Positions 16,827 through 26,543 of a DNA stretch of 35,012 bases are shown here, piece after piece. Origin of the DNA: Gammaproteobacteria bacterium (GTDB lineage Bacteria; Pseudomonadota; Gammaproteobacteria; Natronospirales; JASFQN01). The number at the start of each line of letters is the position of its first letter. Within the stretch, counting starts at the first letter, position 1. The notes below the pieces were generated by a model. The model made no database searches. It saw nothing but the letters and a program-made list of their open reading frames with translations, and had not been told where the DNA came from. The DNA is taken from positions 1-35,012 of the forward strand of contig JASFQN010000003.1 in the NCBI GenBank assembly GCA_050115425.1, read 5' to 3'. The position numbers and the translations under genes are program-made.

Positions 16827-18541
16827 TGCGCATTCTTCTCCTCTGCCACAGTTTCAACAGTCTCACGCAGCGACTCTTCGCCGAACTGACGGCGGACGGA
16901 CACGATCTGTCCGTCGAACTGGACATTGACGACGCAATCACCGAGGAGGCCGTCGATCTTTGGCGGCCCGAGGTCATTGTCGCACCGTTTCTCAAGCGTG
17001 CCATTCCCGAGCGAATCTGGCGGCATCACACCTGCCTGATCGTGCATCCCGGCCCGCCGGGCGATCGCGGCCCATCGGCACTGGACTGGGCCATTCTGGG
17101 CAACGAACCGATCTGGGGCGTCACCGTGCTCGAGGCCGAAGAGCACATGGACGCCGGGCCCATTCGCGCCTGGCGCCGTTTTCGGATGCGAGAAGCGTCC
17201 AAAGGCTCCATCTATCGCAACGAGGTCACCGAAGCGGCTGTGGCCGCGGTACGCGAGGCATTGGCCCAGCAAGGCGGCAGTCCCGCGCTCGCCTGGCGAC
17301 CGGAACCCGGCATGCCCGCAGAGCACAGCATCTGGCGTCCCGCGATGCGCCAGGCCGACCGCGCCATCGATTGGCAGCAGGACGATACGCAGACAGTGCT
17401 GCGAAAAATCCGCAGCGCCGACGGGCAGCCCGGCCTCGCCGACACATTGCTCGGCGAGGCGGTTCGCCTCTACGACGCCCACCCGGCCACCGGACTCACG
17501 GGCAGACCCGGCGAACTGCTCGGGCGCCGGAACGGTGCCATCTGCCGCGCCACCCGCGATGGCGCTGTCTGGATCGGCAGCCTGCGAATCTCCCACGCGC
17601 CCGGGCGTGCGTTCAAACGCCCGGCAGTGGATGCGCTCGGCGAGGCCGGTCTCGCCCTGCCCGAACTGCCGGAACGCGACGGCGACTGGAGCGACATCTG
17701 CTATCGAGAAACCGCGGGCATCGGCTGGCTGTTCTTCGACTTCCATAACGGGGCCATGAGCACCAGCCAATGCGAGCGCCTGCTGGGCGCCTACCGGGAC
17801 GCGCTGCGTCGGCCCACGCGCGTTCTGGTCCTCGCCGGGGGCGCGGATTTCTGGTCCAACGGCCTGCACCTGAATGTGATCGAGGCAGCGGACAGCCCGG
17901 CGGACGAGTCCTGGCGGAACATCAATGCCATGGACGATCTCGCCGCGGCGATCCTCGCCACCGACGACCGCCTGACCGTCGCCGCGTTGCGCGGCAACGC
18001 GGGCGCGGGCGGCGTGTTTCTCGCCCTCGCCGCTGATCGCGTGATGGCGCGACGCGGCATCATCCTCAATCCGCACTACAAGAACATGGGCAATCTGTAC
18101 GGGTCTGAATTCTGGACCTACCTGCTGCCGCGACGGATCGGCGATGCAAATGCATTGGCCATCATGCAACACCGGTTGCCGATGTCTGCCGACGACGCGC
18201 GCGCGACCGGTCTTGTCGATCTCGTCGCGGGGCCATCAGCGGGAACATTCACCGCCGCGGTCGAACGGGAGGCCCGACGCCTGGCCGGCCCGTCGTTCGA
18301 ATCCCAACTGGCGGCCAAGCGGGAACAGCGGACCCGGGACGAGGCCATCCGCCCGCTGGCTGATTACCGCCGCGAGGAACTGGAACACATGAAGCTCAAT
18401 TTCTACGGCTTCGACCCCAGCTATCACGTGGCGCGCTATCGCTTCGTGAATCATCATCCACACGCCTGGACGCCGCTGCACCTCGCACGACACCGCAGCC
18501 TTAACGCCGGGCGCACCGCACTGCCCCGGGGGGTCGCATGA
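16826..18541 (+). CDS. hypX: HypX/HoxX CO-generating maturation factor (formyltransferase plus enoyl-CoA hydratase domains)
   Basis: Start MRILLLCHSFNSLTQR overlaps the hypD stop (TGATG). HPGPPGDRGPSALDW, MDAG, FHNGAMST, WSNGLHLN, GNAGAGG, NPHYKNMGNLYGSEFWTY. Confidence 0.93.
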   Translation: MRILLLCHSFNSLTQRLFAELTADGHDLSVELDIDDAITEEAVDLWRPEVIVAPFLKRAIPERIWRHHTCLIVHPGPPGDRGPSALDWAILGNEPIWGVTVLEAEEHMDAGPIRAWRRFRMREASKGSIYRNEVTEAAVAAVREALAQQGGSPALAWRPEPGMPAEHSIWRPAMRQADRAIDWQQDDTQTVLRKIRSADGQPGLADTLLGEAVRLYDAHPATGLTGRPGELLGRRNGAICRATRDGAVWIGSLRISHAPGRAFKRPAVDALGEAGLALPELPERDGDWSDICYRETAGIGWLFFDFHNGAMSTSQCERLLGAYRDALRRPTRVLVLAGGADFWSNGLHLNVIEAADSPADESWRNINAMDDLAAAILATDDRLTVAALRGNAGAGGVFLALAADRVMARRGIILNPHYKNMGNLYGSEFWTYLLPRRIGDANALAIMQHRLPMSADDARATGLVDLVAGPSAGTFTAAVEREARRLAGPSFESQLAAKREQRTRDEAIRPLADYRREELEHMKLNFYGFDPSYHVARYRFVNHHPHAWTPLHLARHRSLNAGRTALPRGVA

Positions 18542-20847
18542 CCGCTTCCGCAAACACCGACGCGATTCGTGCCGCGCAACGCACAGCGCGCCACCTGTGG
18601 GTGGAAGGCCGCGTACAGGGCGTCGGCTTTCGTCCGTTCATCTACCGGCTGGCCCATGAGCACCGCCTGAACGGCTGGGTGGTCAACAATGGTGGTCGGG
18701 TGGAAATTCTGGTGGAGGGCGAGCCCGAGTCCCTGGACGCTTTCGTTGCGGACCTCATCGATCGCGCGCCACCGCTGGCCCGGCCGATCATTGCCGAAGG
18801 CAAGCGCGAGAAAGCGCAGGCTCTGCGACGGTTCGAGATCCGCCACAGCCGCAGCGAGGGCGCGCCGCGGATTCACGTGCCACCCGACCAGTTCGCCTGC
18901 GATGACTGCCTGCGGGAAATGAACGACCCCGAGGCCCGGCGGTTTCGCTACCCCTTCATAAATTGCACCCAATGCGGGCCGCGCTACACCATCATCCGCG
19001 CCATGCCCTACGACCGCCCGAACACCACCATGCAGTGTTTCGAGTTGTGCGACGACTGCGTCGATGAATACGGCGATCCGCTGGACCGCCGCTTCCACGC
19101 CCAGCCACTGGCCTGCCCGGATTGCGGACCTTCGCTGGTCTATCGCGACCACCAGCGGCCGATTCGCGAAAACGCAGCCGCCCTTCGCTCTTGCGTCGCC
19201 ACCCTGCGCGCCGGCGGCATTGTCGGCATCCGCGGAATCGGCGGTTACCACCTGGTCTGCGATGCGACCAGCGAACCGGCCATACGACGGCTGCGCGTCC
19301 GCAAGCAAAGACCCGACAAACCCCTGGCGGTCATGGTTCCTGCCGCGGGCAAGGACGGCCTCGACTGGGTGCGCCGGGTGGCACGGCCGAATCGCCAGCA
19401 CGCGCTGCTCCTTGTCGATCCGATGCGCCCCATCGTCCTGGTCCCCTCCCTCCCCGACAGCCGCCTGGCTCCGGGCATTGCCCCGGGACTGGCCGAGATC
19501 GGTCTGATGCTGCCCTACAGCCCGCTGCACCATCTGCTGCTCGGAGAGTTCGGACGCCCCGTCGTGGCGACCTCCGGCAATATCAGCGGCGAACCGGTGA
19601 TCACCGAGCCTGCCGAGGCCGAGCAGCGTCTCGCCGGCGTGGCGGACGCTTTCCTGCATCACGACCGCCCCATCCAGCGGCCGGCCGACGACCCGGTTTT
19701 CCGCGAGATTTCGGGCCGCATGCGTCCGCTCCGCATCGGCCGGGGCAGTGCGCCGCTGGAGCTTGAGCTGCCCCTGGCGGTGGATATGCCAATGCTGGCC
19801 ACTGGTGCATTTCTGAAAAACACCGTGGCGCTTGCCTGGGAGAACCGGGTCATCATCTCGCCGCACATTGGCGACCTGGCCAGCCCGCGCGGTCAGGCGG
19901 TCTTTCGCCAGGTGGCCGGCGACCTGCAGGCCCTCTACGGCGTCCAGGCCAAGCGCATCGCCTGTGACGGGCATCCGGACTTTCCCAACAGCCGCTGGGC
20001 ACGCGACAGCGGGCTCGAGGTCATCCCGGTGCCGCATCATTTCGCGCACGCTTCGGCGGCGGCGGCCGAGTCTGATCTGCATGAAGAGCGGATCTGCTTC
20101 ACCTGGGACGGCGTCGGACTCGGCGAGGACGGCACACTCTGGGGCGGTGAAGCGCTGGTCGGTACACCGGGACAGTGGCAACGATTCGCCTCGCTGCGCC
20201 CTTTTCGCCTGCCGGGCGGCGACAAGGCCGTGGATGAACCCTGGCGCACAGCGCTGTCCCTGTGCTGGACCGCAGGCCAGTCCTGGCCAGCCGGTGCCGA
20301 GTTGTGCGAGCCCCTCCTCCGAAAGGCCTTTGCGCGAGGTGTCAACTCGCCGCCGACCAGCGCCGCCGGCCGCCTGTTCGATGCGGCAGCGGCTCTGCTC
20401 GATGTCACACACACGGCGAGCTTCGAGGGTCAGGGCCCCATGCAGCTTGAAACGCTGGCCGCCGGTACCCTGGAATCCGAGGGGCTGAGCCTGCCCATGT
20501 CGGTGGACGACAACGGAGTCTGGCGAAGCGACTGGGCACCACTGCTCAGTATCCTTCTCGATTCGCGGCGCTCCGTGGAAGAACGCGCGCGACGTTTCCA
20601 TGCCAGTCTGGCGCTCACCATCCGCGAACAGGCCATTCAGGCCCGCCGTCGCCACGGCATTGCGACCGTCTCGCTGACCGGCGGCGTATTCCAGAACCGG
20701 GTGTTGACGCACCTGGCCCGGATACTGCTGACCGATGCGGGGTTCACCGTCAGCCTCCCCGCACGGATTCCCCTCAACGACGCCGGCATAAGCTATGGTC
20801 AGATCATTGAGGCAGCGGCTCGCCTGAAAGACGAAAAATCAACCTGA
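18538..20847 (+). CDS. hypF: Carbamoyltransferase HypF
   Basis: GRVQGVGFRP acylphosphatase domain, zinc fingers CDDC..CTQCGPRY and CDDC..CPDCGP, TSGN, HHFAH, GGVFQN, NDAGISYGQ. Confidence 0.97.
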   Translation: MTASANTDAIRAAQRTARHLWVEGRVQGVGFRPFIYRLAHEHRLNGWVVNNGGRVEILVEGEPESLDAFVADLIDRAPPLARPIIAEGKREKAQALRRFEIRHSRSEGAPRIHVPPDQFACDDCLREMNDPEARRFRYPFINCTQCGPRYTIIRAMPYDRPNTTMQCFELCDDCVDEYGDPLDRRFHAQPLACPDCGPSLVYRDHQRPIRENAAALRSCVATLRAGGIVGIRGIGGYHLVCDATSEPAIRRLRVRKQRPDKPLAVMVPAAGKDGLDWVRRVARPNRQHALLLVDPMRPIVLVPSLPDSRLAPGIAPGLAEIGLMLPYSPLHHLLLGEFGRPVVATSGNISGEPVITEPAEAEQRLAGVADAFLHHDRPIQRPADDPVFREISGRMRPLRIGRGSAPLELELPLAVDMPMLATGAFLKNTVALAWENRVIISPHIGDLASPRGQAVFRQVAGDLQALYGVQAKRIACDGHPDFPNSRWARDSGLEVIPVPHHFAHASAAAAESDLHEERICFTWDGVGLGEDGTLWGGEALVGTPGQWQRFASLRPFRLPGGDKAVDEPWRTALSLCWTAGQSWPAGAELCEPLLRKAFARGVNSPPTSAAGRLFDAAAALLDVTHTASFEGQGPMQLETLAAGTLESEGLSLPMSVDDNGVWRSDWAPLLSILLDSRRSVEERARRFHASLALTIREQAIQARRRHGIATVSLTGGVFQNRVLTHLARILLTDAGFTVSLPARIPLNDAGISYGQIIEAAARLKDEKST

Positions 20848-20865
20848 CACCAGGAATACCGCGAC

Positions 20866-21867
20866 GTGAGAGAAACGGAAATCGCGCTTGCGCATGGCAA
20901 CGGCGGACGCCTCATGCGCGAACTGATCGAGGAAGTCTTTGCGGCACGTCTCGCCAATCCCGGACTGGACACCGAACTGGACGCCGCCACACTGCCGCCG
21001 CTCGCAGACGGCGACATCGTGGTGAGCACCGACGGCTTCACCGTACACCCGCTCGAGTTCCCGGGCGGCAACATCGGCTCGCTGGCGATTCACGGCACAG
21101 TCAACGACCTTGCGGTGGCGGGTGCACGCCCGGCGTACCTGACCCTGAATTCGTTCATCGAGGAAGGCACCGAACTGGCCCTGCTCGAAAGGCTCGTCGA
21201 GGCCATGGCCGAGGCGGCCCGGGCCTGCGGCGTAGCGGTCATCGCGGGTGACACCAAGGTCGTGGGTCGCGGCGAAGCGGGCGGGGTGTATTTCGCCACG
21301 ACCGGTATTGGCGTAAGACCCAGAGAACTTCACCTGGGCATGGACCTCATCCGACCGGGCGACAAGGTCCTGGTCAGCGGTCCGGTGGGCGACCACGGGG
21401 CGGCGGTGCTGCTCGCCCGCGAGGAATTCGGCTTTCACGGCGACCTGCGTTCCGACGCCGGCAGCGTGCTTGAGGGCGCGCTCGCCCTTCAGGGCATCGG
21501 CGGATTGCGCTTCATGCGCGACCCCACACGCGGTGGACTCGCCACGGTGGCCAACGAGATCGCCCGCGCCAGCGGCCATTGCGTGCGCCTCACGGAAGGC
21601 GCCATACCCGTCAGCGATCCGGTCCAGTCAGTCTGCGAAATCCTCGGCTACGACCCCCTGTATCTCGCCTGCGAGGGCCGCATCGTCGCCGTGGTGGCCG
21701 ATGCGGTGGCCGAGGCGGCCATGACGGCGCTGCGCGATGCCGGCGGCACGCCGGCGCTGATTGGCGAGATCACGACAGACCTCGCGCAGGTGACGCTGCG
21801 CACCGAACTCGGCGGGGAACGCGTGCTGGAAGAGCTGGAGGAAGACCCGCTGCCGCGAATCTGCTGA
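20866..21867 (+). CDS. hypE: Carbamoyl dehydratase HypE
   Basis: LAHGNGG, FPGGNIGSLA..GTVNDL, GDTKVV, MRDPTRGG, and C-terminal PRIC. GTG start. Confidence 0.97.
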   Translation: MRETEIALAHGNGGRLMRELIEEVFAARLANPGLDTELDAATLPPLADGDIVVSTDGFTVHPLEFPGGNIGSLAIHGTVNDLAVAGARPAYLTLNSFIEEGTELALLERLVEAMAEAARACGVAVIAGDTKVVGRGEAGGVYFATTGIGVRPRELHLGMDLIRPGDKVLVSGPVGDHGAAVLLAREEFGFHGDLRSDAGSVLEGALALQGIGGLRFMRDPTRGGLATVANEIARASGHCVRLTEGAIPVSDPVQSVCEILGYDPLYLACEGRIVAVVADAVAEAAMTALRDAGGTPALIGEITTDLAQVTLRTELGGERVLEELEEDPLPRIC

Positions 21868-21923
21868 CCGGAGAACCCAGGCGGCCATCGCCCGGAAAAT
21901 GTCTTCAGGGAGACTGATCGACC

Positions 21924-22817
21924 ATGACCCGCAATGACTTCCTGAGAATCGTCGAGATACGTACCAAGATCGTCAGCGTCTCGTCCTTTCTCATCGGCAC
22001 GGTGTTCGCAGCGGTGAGCGGCGCCGGCTTTTCCTGGTCCCTGGCGCTGGTGATGTTCGCTGCCGTGCTCTGCGTCGACATGGGCACGACCGGGTTCAAC
22101 AGCTATTACGATTTCGTCAACGGCGTGGACCGGCCGGATACGGATATTGAGGGTGACAAGATCCTTTTGCGTGGCGACACACGGCCGGCCGCGGCGCTGG
22201 CCATTTCCGGGGGCTTCTTCCTGGCGGCGGCCGGCCTTGGCCTGGTCATAGGCCTCATGGCCGGCTGGCAGATCATTGTTGTCGGCACGGTCTGCATGGC
22301 GGCCGGCTTCTTCTACAGCGGTGGCCCTTATCCCCTCTCGCGCACACCGTTTGGTGAATTGCTGGCCGGCGGATTTCTCGGCTGGGTGCTGATCGCACTC
22401 TCGTTTGTCGTCCAGACCGGCCGGCTCACCCCGGCAGCGGTCTGGCTGGGACTGCCCTCCACCGCATTGATCGCCTCCATTCTCACAGTGAACAACACCT
22501 GCGACCTTGTGGGGGATCGCCGTGCGGGGCGCTACACGCTGTCCATCGCGCTCGGTGCCCGGCGCTCCGAATGGGTGATTTACGGGCTCGGGGCGCTCGC
22601 TTATGGCCTGGCCTTCGCGCTCATCGGGTCGGGCATTCTGACCTTGCCAGCGGTCATACCACTCGCGCTGGCCGCGCTGGTCTCGGCCAGCGAATACCGC
22701 CGGATGCACGGACGCGGCTTTTCGCCGGCGACGAAAGCCGCCTCCATGGCTTCGATCAGCAAGGTCTTCGTGGCCTTTACCGCTGCCCTGCTCATAGCCC
22801 TCTCAATCAGCGCCTGA
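21924..22817 (+). CDS. Second UbiA-superfamily prenyltransferase, MenA-like
   Basis: Multi-TM protein with NSYYDFVNGVD, YSGGPYPLSRTPFGE and NNTCDLVGDRRAGRYTL. Confidence 0.82.
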   Translation: MTRNDFLRIVEIRTKIVSVSSFLIGTVFAAVSGAGFSWSLALVMFAAVLCVDMGTTGFNSYYDFVNGVDRPDTDIEGDKILLRGDTRPAAALAISGGFFLAAAGLGLVIGLMAGWQIIVVGTVCMAAGFFYSGGPYPLSRTPFGELLAGGFLGWVLIALSFVVQTGRLTPAAVWLGLPSTALIASILTVNNTCDLVGDRRAGRYTLSIALGARRSEWVIYGLGALAYGLAFALIGSGILTLPAVIPLALAALVSASEYRRMHGRGFSPATKAASMASISKVFVAFTAALLIALSISA

Positions 22818-23156
22818 ACCGGCCACGCGGTAGCGCTCAAGCTGGCGGCGCGCACGTTCGGAATGACTGCGCCCCTGGCCCAGGTCTTCGAAAGCCTGCG
22901 TCGCATCGCGGCCGCACCAGGGCAGGATGACATCCACCCCTGCCGGATGGCGCGCCAGGTAGTCGGTGATGTCGTAATCGACGCCGTGCACGCGAATCCA
23001 GCAATCATGCAGGCCGGCATGCCGAGCCAGATCACCCGATACAGCGGCCGGCCCGGCGGAGGGTGCCGTCGGTCCGGGCGCCAGCCGGGCGACAATCCAG
23101 AGCGTGGCGACCACCGACCAGAACACGATCACGCTGACGAATGCGGTCTTTCTCAC
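22803..23156 (-). CDS. Membrane-anchored cytochrome b5-like heme-binding protein
   Basis: N-terminal TM segment, then DCWIRVHGVDYDITDYLARHPAG and GRDATQAF...HS (b5 HPGG-like and second His ligands). GTG start overlaps the upstream stop. Confidence 0.85.
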   Translation of the reverse strand: MRKTAFVSVIVFWSVVATLWIVARLAPGPTAPSAGPAAVSGDLARHAGLHDCWIRVHGVDYDITDYLARHPAGVDVILPWCGRDATQAFEDLGQGRSHSERARRQLERYRVAGSGAD

Positions 23157-24475
23157 AGGAAATCGAATGCCTCGCAGTGAATGAGTTCGGACGGCACGCC
23201 CTCGTCGCGCAGGACCTGGCGCACCAGGTCCACCAGCCCGGGTGGCCCGCAGACATAGGCTTCAGACTCGCCGACCACGGGACTGGCACGCCGGATGAAG
23301 TCCGCCGAGAGATTGCCCTCGTGAACAAGAAAATGCGGAACCACGCCAAGCCCCCTGATCCGGGTCGCCAGCGCTTCCAGTTCGGCCAGGTAATAGGCAC
23401 GTGTGCGGTCATTCGTGCAATAGATCAGGCGCGCGTCGCAGGAAGTCTGGGCGGCGGCAAGACCGCGCACGCGGCTGACAAAAGGCGCGATACCGATGCC
23501 CCCGGCGATCCACAGTTCCGCCCGTTCCGGCGCCAGCCGTTCGAAAAAATCGCCATAGGGGCCGTCCACCCAGACCGGCGCCCCGCCCGGCAGTGTCTGC
23601 ATCGCAGCGGTGGCATCCCCCAGGTTCTTGACCGCCACGCGCAGCAAACGCTCGTCGGGCGCCGAGGACAGCGTAAACGGGTGCTCTTCGTTACGCGCCG
23701 CCCCCATGCAGGGGTGATCGATGCTCAGATAGATGAACTGACCGGGCCGGAACGCGCGAAAGGCGGGTACGGCGAGTGAAATCTCCACCACCCGGTCGGC
23801 CAGTTCCGTGACCGCGGCGACACTGCCGCGGGCCCCACCGAGCCAGGGACCCAGCGCCTTGCGCCAGAGGATGGCGCCCATTGCGGCCACCCCGAGCACG
23901 CCGAACAGCCAGCGTTCCCAGAGCGGTACCGCCGACAGGGCGAAGACATGCGCCAGGCCGGCAAGCACGGCCAGCGCCGACAACAGATGGATCCGCTTCC
24001 AGCGCGCGTAGGGCGGCCGGCCGAAGAAGCGGAAACTGGGCGCCAGAAACACCAGCATGGCGAGCAAGCCCAGCCAGCCCAGCCACACGGCGGCATCGGC
24101 CGGCGGCGGGAAAAGAACCTCCGAGGCTCCCGGCAATGACTCCGGAATCGCCGCGAAAGCCAGCAGCAGCGGATGGGCCAGAACCGCGAGCAACGCCACG
24201 AAGCCCAGCCAGTGATGCAATCTGAACAGACGCGGCAGCCCGCCGAAGCCGCGGTCGCTGCCCGGCACACGCAGACTGAGCGCGGCACCGCCGAGCAGCG
24301 TGAGCGCGGCAAGCAGGCCGCTCACCCGGCCGGCCGTGCGCAACATGCCCGCCGCCCCGGCGCCCGCTCCGGGCCAATGCCAGGCGAGCCCGGTGGCCGC
24401 CAGGGCGACGGTCGCCGCAACCACGGCCACGGCCGCCCAGCGTTTGCGCACAACACTCACTCGCATGAAATCCAT
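23153..24475 (-). CDS. Ferric-reductase/NOX-like transmembrane flavocytochrome b (TM heme, FAD and NAD(P)H domains)
   Basis: TM His pairs HHWLG...LAHP and IHLLS...LAHV, PGQFIYL, EEHPFTLSSAP, VDGPYG, IAGGIGIAPF, YVCGPPG, and C-terminal EAFDF. Confidence 0.88.
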   Translation of the reverse strand: MDFMRVSVVRKRWAAVAVVAATVALAATGLAWHWPGAGAGAAGMLRTAGRVSGLLAALTLLGGAALSLRVPGSDRGFGGLPRLFRLHHWLGFVALLAVLAHPLLLAFAAIPESLPGASEVLFPPPADAAVWLGWLGLLAMLVFLAPSFRFFGRPPYARWKRIHLLSALAVLAGLAHVFALSAVPLWERWLFGVLGVAAMGAILWRKALGPWLGGARGSVAAVTELADRVVEISLAVPAFRAFRPGQFIYLSIDHPCMGAARNEEHPFTLSSAPDERLLRVAVKNLGDATAAMQTLPGGAPVWVDGPYGDFFERLAPERAELWIAGGIGIAPFVSRVRGLAAAQTSCDARLIYCTNDRTRAYYLAELEALATRIRGLGVVPHFLVHEGNLSADFIRRASPVVGESEAYVCGPPGLVDLVRQVLRDEGVPSELIHCEAFDFL

Positions 24476-24517
24476 TCCCGCAGACGCCTCCCGTCCATGC
24501 CAGCATGCGCCGTTACA

Positions 24518-25156
24518 TCATTCGCCACCAGTCCGATCCTCGTCCCTGCCGCCGAACAGAAGCCCGCGCACCATTTCCTCCTGGTCGAGTTCCTCCAGGG
24601 CGGCCTCCATGCGACGTTGGTCGGCGCGGATCTCGGGCAGGATCAGATTCTCGAGCGAGCGAACCCGCCGTTCCGTAAGCCGGTATTCGGCATGCAGCCG
24701 CAGGATGTTGGCCAGTTCCACCGCCATGGGCACGGCCTGGTCCAGCAGGCCGGAAAACGCTCCGGCCACCGCTTCGGCTTGCGCCGAGCGCAGCACCGCC
24801 GGTTCCACCGTCCCGGCGACCGGCCCGCGTACCGGCATCCGCCCCGACAACAGCTTCACGCCAAGAAACGATCCCTCGTCCAGCATCAGCCGCTCGTCCA
24901 CCGGCACCGCGGCCGCCGGGTACACCTGCAGGCCTTCCAGCCCGTGATGCGCCAGGCCCGCCGCCATGCGGCCGGCCGCCGATTCCAGGCTGGCTTCGAA
25001 GGCATTCACCATGGCCTGATAGTCCGCCAGGCGACGCAACAATTCCCTGGCCACCAGCATGCGTTTTTCATCCAGAAAGCGGTGGCCTTCCTCGAACACG
25101 CTGCGGTCGCGGCGAAGTTCAAGCAGGGCGGCTCGCGATGCGACACGCTCAGCCAT
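24518..25156 (-). CDS. ntpD: V/A-type ATPase subunit D
   Basis: Start MAERVASRAALLEL. GHRFLDEKR and TERRVRSLENLILP..LEELDQEE. Confidence 0.92.
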   Translation of the reverse strand: MAERVASRAALLELRRDRSVFEEGHRFLDEKRMLVARELLRRLADYQAMVNAFEASLESAAGRMAAGLAHHGLEGLQVYPAAAVPVDERLMLDEGSFLGVKLLSGRMPVRGPVAGTVEPAVLRSAQAEAVAGAFSGLLDQAVPMAVELANILRLHAEYRLTERRVRSLENLILPEIRADQRRMEAALEELDQEEMVRGLLFGGRDEDRTGGE

Positions 25157-26543
25157 CGGTCGCGCCCGACGCAGCGAGATGCCGCGCAATCTGCTCGTCG
25201 CTCAAACGGCTCAGCTCCCCGGCGGGCAGCATGGCAAGCAGATTCCAGCCGATGTCGAGGCTTTCCTCAAGCACGCGTGCTCCCTCCTGGTGGACGAAGT
25301 CGCGTTCAAAGGCGTTGCCAAAATCCAGATAGAGGCGGTCGCCCGCCGGCAGGCCTTCCTCGCCGACCACCTTGGCCAGCGTGCGTATCTGATTGGCCCG
25401 GGCATAGGCCGCATAGAGCTGGCTGGCCAGCGCCGGGTGGTCGGCATCGGTATAACCCTCGCCAATACCCTGGTCGATCAGCCGCGAGAGACTCGGCAGC
25501 ACCGAGACCGGCGGGTAATAGCCGCGACGGTCCAGTTCGCGGTCGAGCACGATCTGGCCTTCGGTAATGTAACCGGTCAGGTCGGGAATCGGATGGCTGA
25601 TGTCGTCTCCCGGCATGGTGAGTACCGGAAGCTGGGTGAGCGTGCCTTCACTGCCGCGGAGGCGGCCGGCCCGTTCGAACAGGGTCGCCAGATCCGAGTA
25701 CATGTAGCCGGGATAGCCCTTGCGCCCGGGCACTTCGCCGTGGCTCGCCGAGACCTCGCGCAGGGCCTCGCAGTAATTGGTCATGTCGGTCATCACGACC
25801 AGCACGTGGCGGTGCTCGCCAAAGGCGAGGTATTCGGCGGCAGTCAGCGCGTACCGGGGAGTCAGCAGACGCTGAGTGCTGGAATCGCTGGCCAGATTGA
25901 GAAACAGCGCGGTGTGCTCCAGCGCCCCGCTCTCCTCCATGGCACGGCGAAACGCCTCCGCGGTCGTGTGCGACACACCGATGCCCGCAAACACTATGGC
26001 GAATCCACCCGCCTCGTCGCCCAGCAGGCGGGCATGGCGCGTGATATCCACAGCCATGCGGGCGTGGGGCAGCCCGCCGCCGGAAAAGATCGGCAGCTTC
26101 TGTCCGCGCACCAGGCTGTTGAGCACGTCGATGCTGCTGATGCCGGTCTCGATGAAAGCCGTGGGCAGATCCCGAGCCACAGGATTGAGTGGCCACCCGC
26201 CCACCGGACGTTCTTGATGAATCGGAACCGGTGGGCCGCCGTCCAGCGGGCGTCCCACACCGTCAAAGACGCGTCCGAGCAGACCGGGCCCCACACCGAA
26301 GTGCAACGATTCACCGGAAAAGCGCACCCCTGTGCCCGCAAGCCCGAGATTGGCGGTGGGTTCGAGCACTTCGACAACCATGCGTCGTTCGTCCAGTGCG
26401 GCCACGCGCCCGGGACGCGCGGCGCCGTCCGCGCCGATCACTTCCACGGCTTCGTTGAGACCCACCGACAGGACCCGCTCCAGGAACAGCAACGGCCCCT
26501 CGATGCGCGTCGCGGCCCGCTCGGCCAGCATCTCAATCGCCAT
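25149..26543 (-). CDS. ntpB: V/A-type ATPase subunit B
   Basis: Start MAIEML at 26543. ETGISSID, RGQKLPIFSG, DMTNYCEALREVS, GYPGYMYSDLA, HPIPDLTGYITEGQI, SLSRL. Confidence 0.96.
   Translation of the reverse strand: MAIEMLAERAATRIEGPLLFLERVLSVGLNEAVEVIGADGAARPGRVAALDERRMVVEVLEPTANLGLAGTGVRFSGESLHFGVGPGLLGRVFDGVGRPLDGGPPVPIHQERPVGGWPLNPVARDLPTAFIETGISSIDVLNSLVRGQKLPIFSGGGLPHARMAVDITRHARLLGDEAGGFAIVFAGIGVSHTTAEAFRRAMEESGALEHTALFLNLASDSSTQRLLTPRYALTAAEYLAFGEHRHVLVVMTDMTNYCEALREVSASHGEVPGRKGYPGYMYSDLATLFERAGRLRGSEGTLTQLPVLTMPGDDISHPIPDLTGYITEGQIVLDRELDRRGYYPPVSVLPSLSRLIDQGIGEGYTDADHPALASQLYAAYARANQIRTLAKVVGEEGLPAGDRLYLDFGNAFERDFVHQEGARVLEESLDIGWNLLAMLPAGELSRLSDEQIARHLAASGATDG

Noticed and set aside
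18454-20712. 752-aa minus-strand ORF
   Set aside because: Antisense shadow of hypF.
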